64,000 bases of DNA from Vitrella brassicaformis CCMP3155. Lineage: Eukaryota > Protista > Chromerida. Below are positions 63,227-64,000 of the stretch, piece after piece; the stretch's first letter is position 1, and each line of letters begins with the position of its first letter. The stretch spans positions 124,001 through 188,000 of the forward strand of contig CDMY01000989.1 in the NCBI GenBank assembly GCA_001179505.1, given 5' to 3'. Both the position numbers and the translations under genes were made by a program. The notes below the pieces were generated by a model, which was given only the letters and a program-made list of their open reading frames with translations, was not told the origin of the DNA and did not search any database.

Positions 63227-64000
63227 TCAAAGGCCAAAGTCCTTCCACCGGAAGTGGCGCAGCTCGAGCTTCTCAAACTCGTCAGCCTGCACGCGCCGTA
63301 TGGCGGCCGCCAGGCACTCCCGCGGAGAAAACCCACACACCCTCAGCAGCTCGCCCACCACCTCCCACAACACACTCTCATCCACTTGTGGGCCGGTTTC
63401 ATCATCCCGGTGGTCGCCGCCCGCACCTTCTGTCGCATCCGTCTGCACCAGAGGCAGCCTCGCGAGGATCTTCCTTCTGGTGCAGCAGATGACCTCGGCT
63501 TCGGCACTCCTGGTTGGGTGCAGCAGAGCAGCCACACAGACACCCAGAGAAGATACTTACAAGTGTGTGGATGAGTGTGTGGGTGGGTGGGTGGCTGACT
63601 TGATGAGTGCGTTCTTTCGTTTGCCGTCTTCTGGTGCGAAGAGCTGCTCCTCTCTGTCAACGAGCCACTCGTCAGCCGACACGTACTTGGGGACGAGGGC
63701 GGCCGTGATGTTGGGGTGCAGCAGCGTACGGCGACCCAACAGATTCGTGTACACCTCCTGAACACACACACACACAGGGAGAGAGAGAGTGTGTGATCAG
63801 TGTCTGCCTGTTGTCTGCTTGCCTGTCCACCGTACCTCCTTAATTTTCGGTTGAAGCAGCCCACATTCCCTCCGGAGCCACTCGATGACTCTGTTGTAGA
63901 CCAACCCATGGTCGACCTGCCGCTTGGGCTGCTCCGACGGCAGTGGGAGGCCGGCCAGTCTTGCCTCCTCGTCCATGGCGGCCTTCTTGGCCTCCTCCCA
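63227..64000 (-). CDS. 3' part of a hypothetical protein (runs off the window edge)
   Basis: Three in-phase exons: ..HGLVYNRVIEWLRRECGLLQPKIK/EVYTNLLGRRTLLHPNITAALVPKYV..ALIK/SAEAEVICCTRRKILARLPL..HFRWKDFGL*. No family recognised. Confidence 0.6.

Noticed and set aside
1-64000. Transposable element, rRNA or tRNA genes
   Set aside because: I found no transposase, RT or integrase motifs, terminal repeats or recognisable structural RNA by eye. Small RNAs could have been missed without covariance-model searches.

Overview
Eukaryotic, intron-rich nuclear DNA with many GT/CA, CAGA and CATC microsatellites in introns and intergenic DNA. The style and gene content fit a chromerid alveolate such as Vitrella brassicaformis; this is an inference, not a database match. 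I spliced about 22 gene models by hand from GT-AG junctions. Recognisable conserved genes: a D-2-hydroxyacid dehydrogenase, a tandem USP protein, HCF101, a DHHC palmitoyltransferase, an AEC/PILS-type transporter, an ankyrin protein, TFIIF beta and HEATR3/Syo1. Less ordinary loci: (1) an RPA1-like OB-fold upstream of a PARP-like H-Y-E catalytic domain; (2) a head-to-head pair of paralogous, probably plastid-targeted, disordered membrane proteins; (3) a long gene with an unrecognised repeated domain that appears to splice into a coiled-coil/RING C-terminus; (4) a disrupted GPI-type Venus-flytrap plus GCC2/GCC3 surface-protein gene; (5) an HslU Walker-B fragment spliced into an unrelated ORF. There is a 300-N assembly gap at 41939-42238. 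No rRNA, tRNA, CRISPR array or recognisable transposase was seen. Several 5' ends and some splice phases are uncertain.
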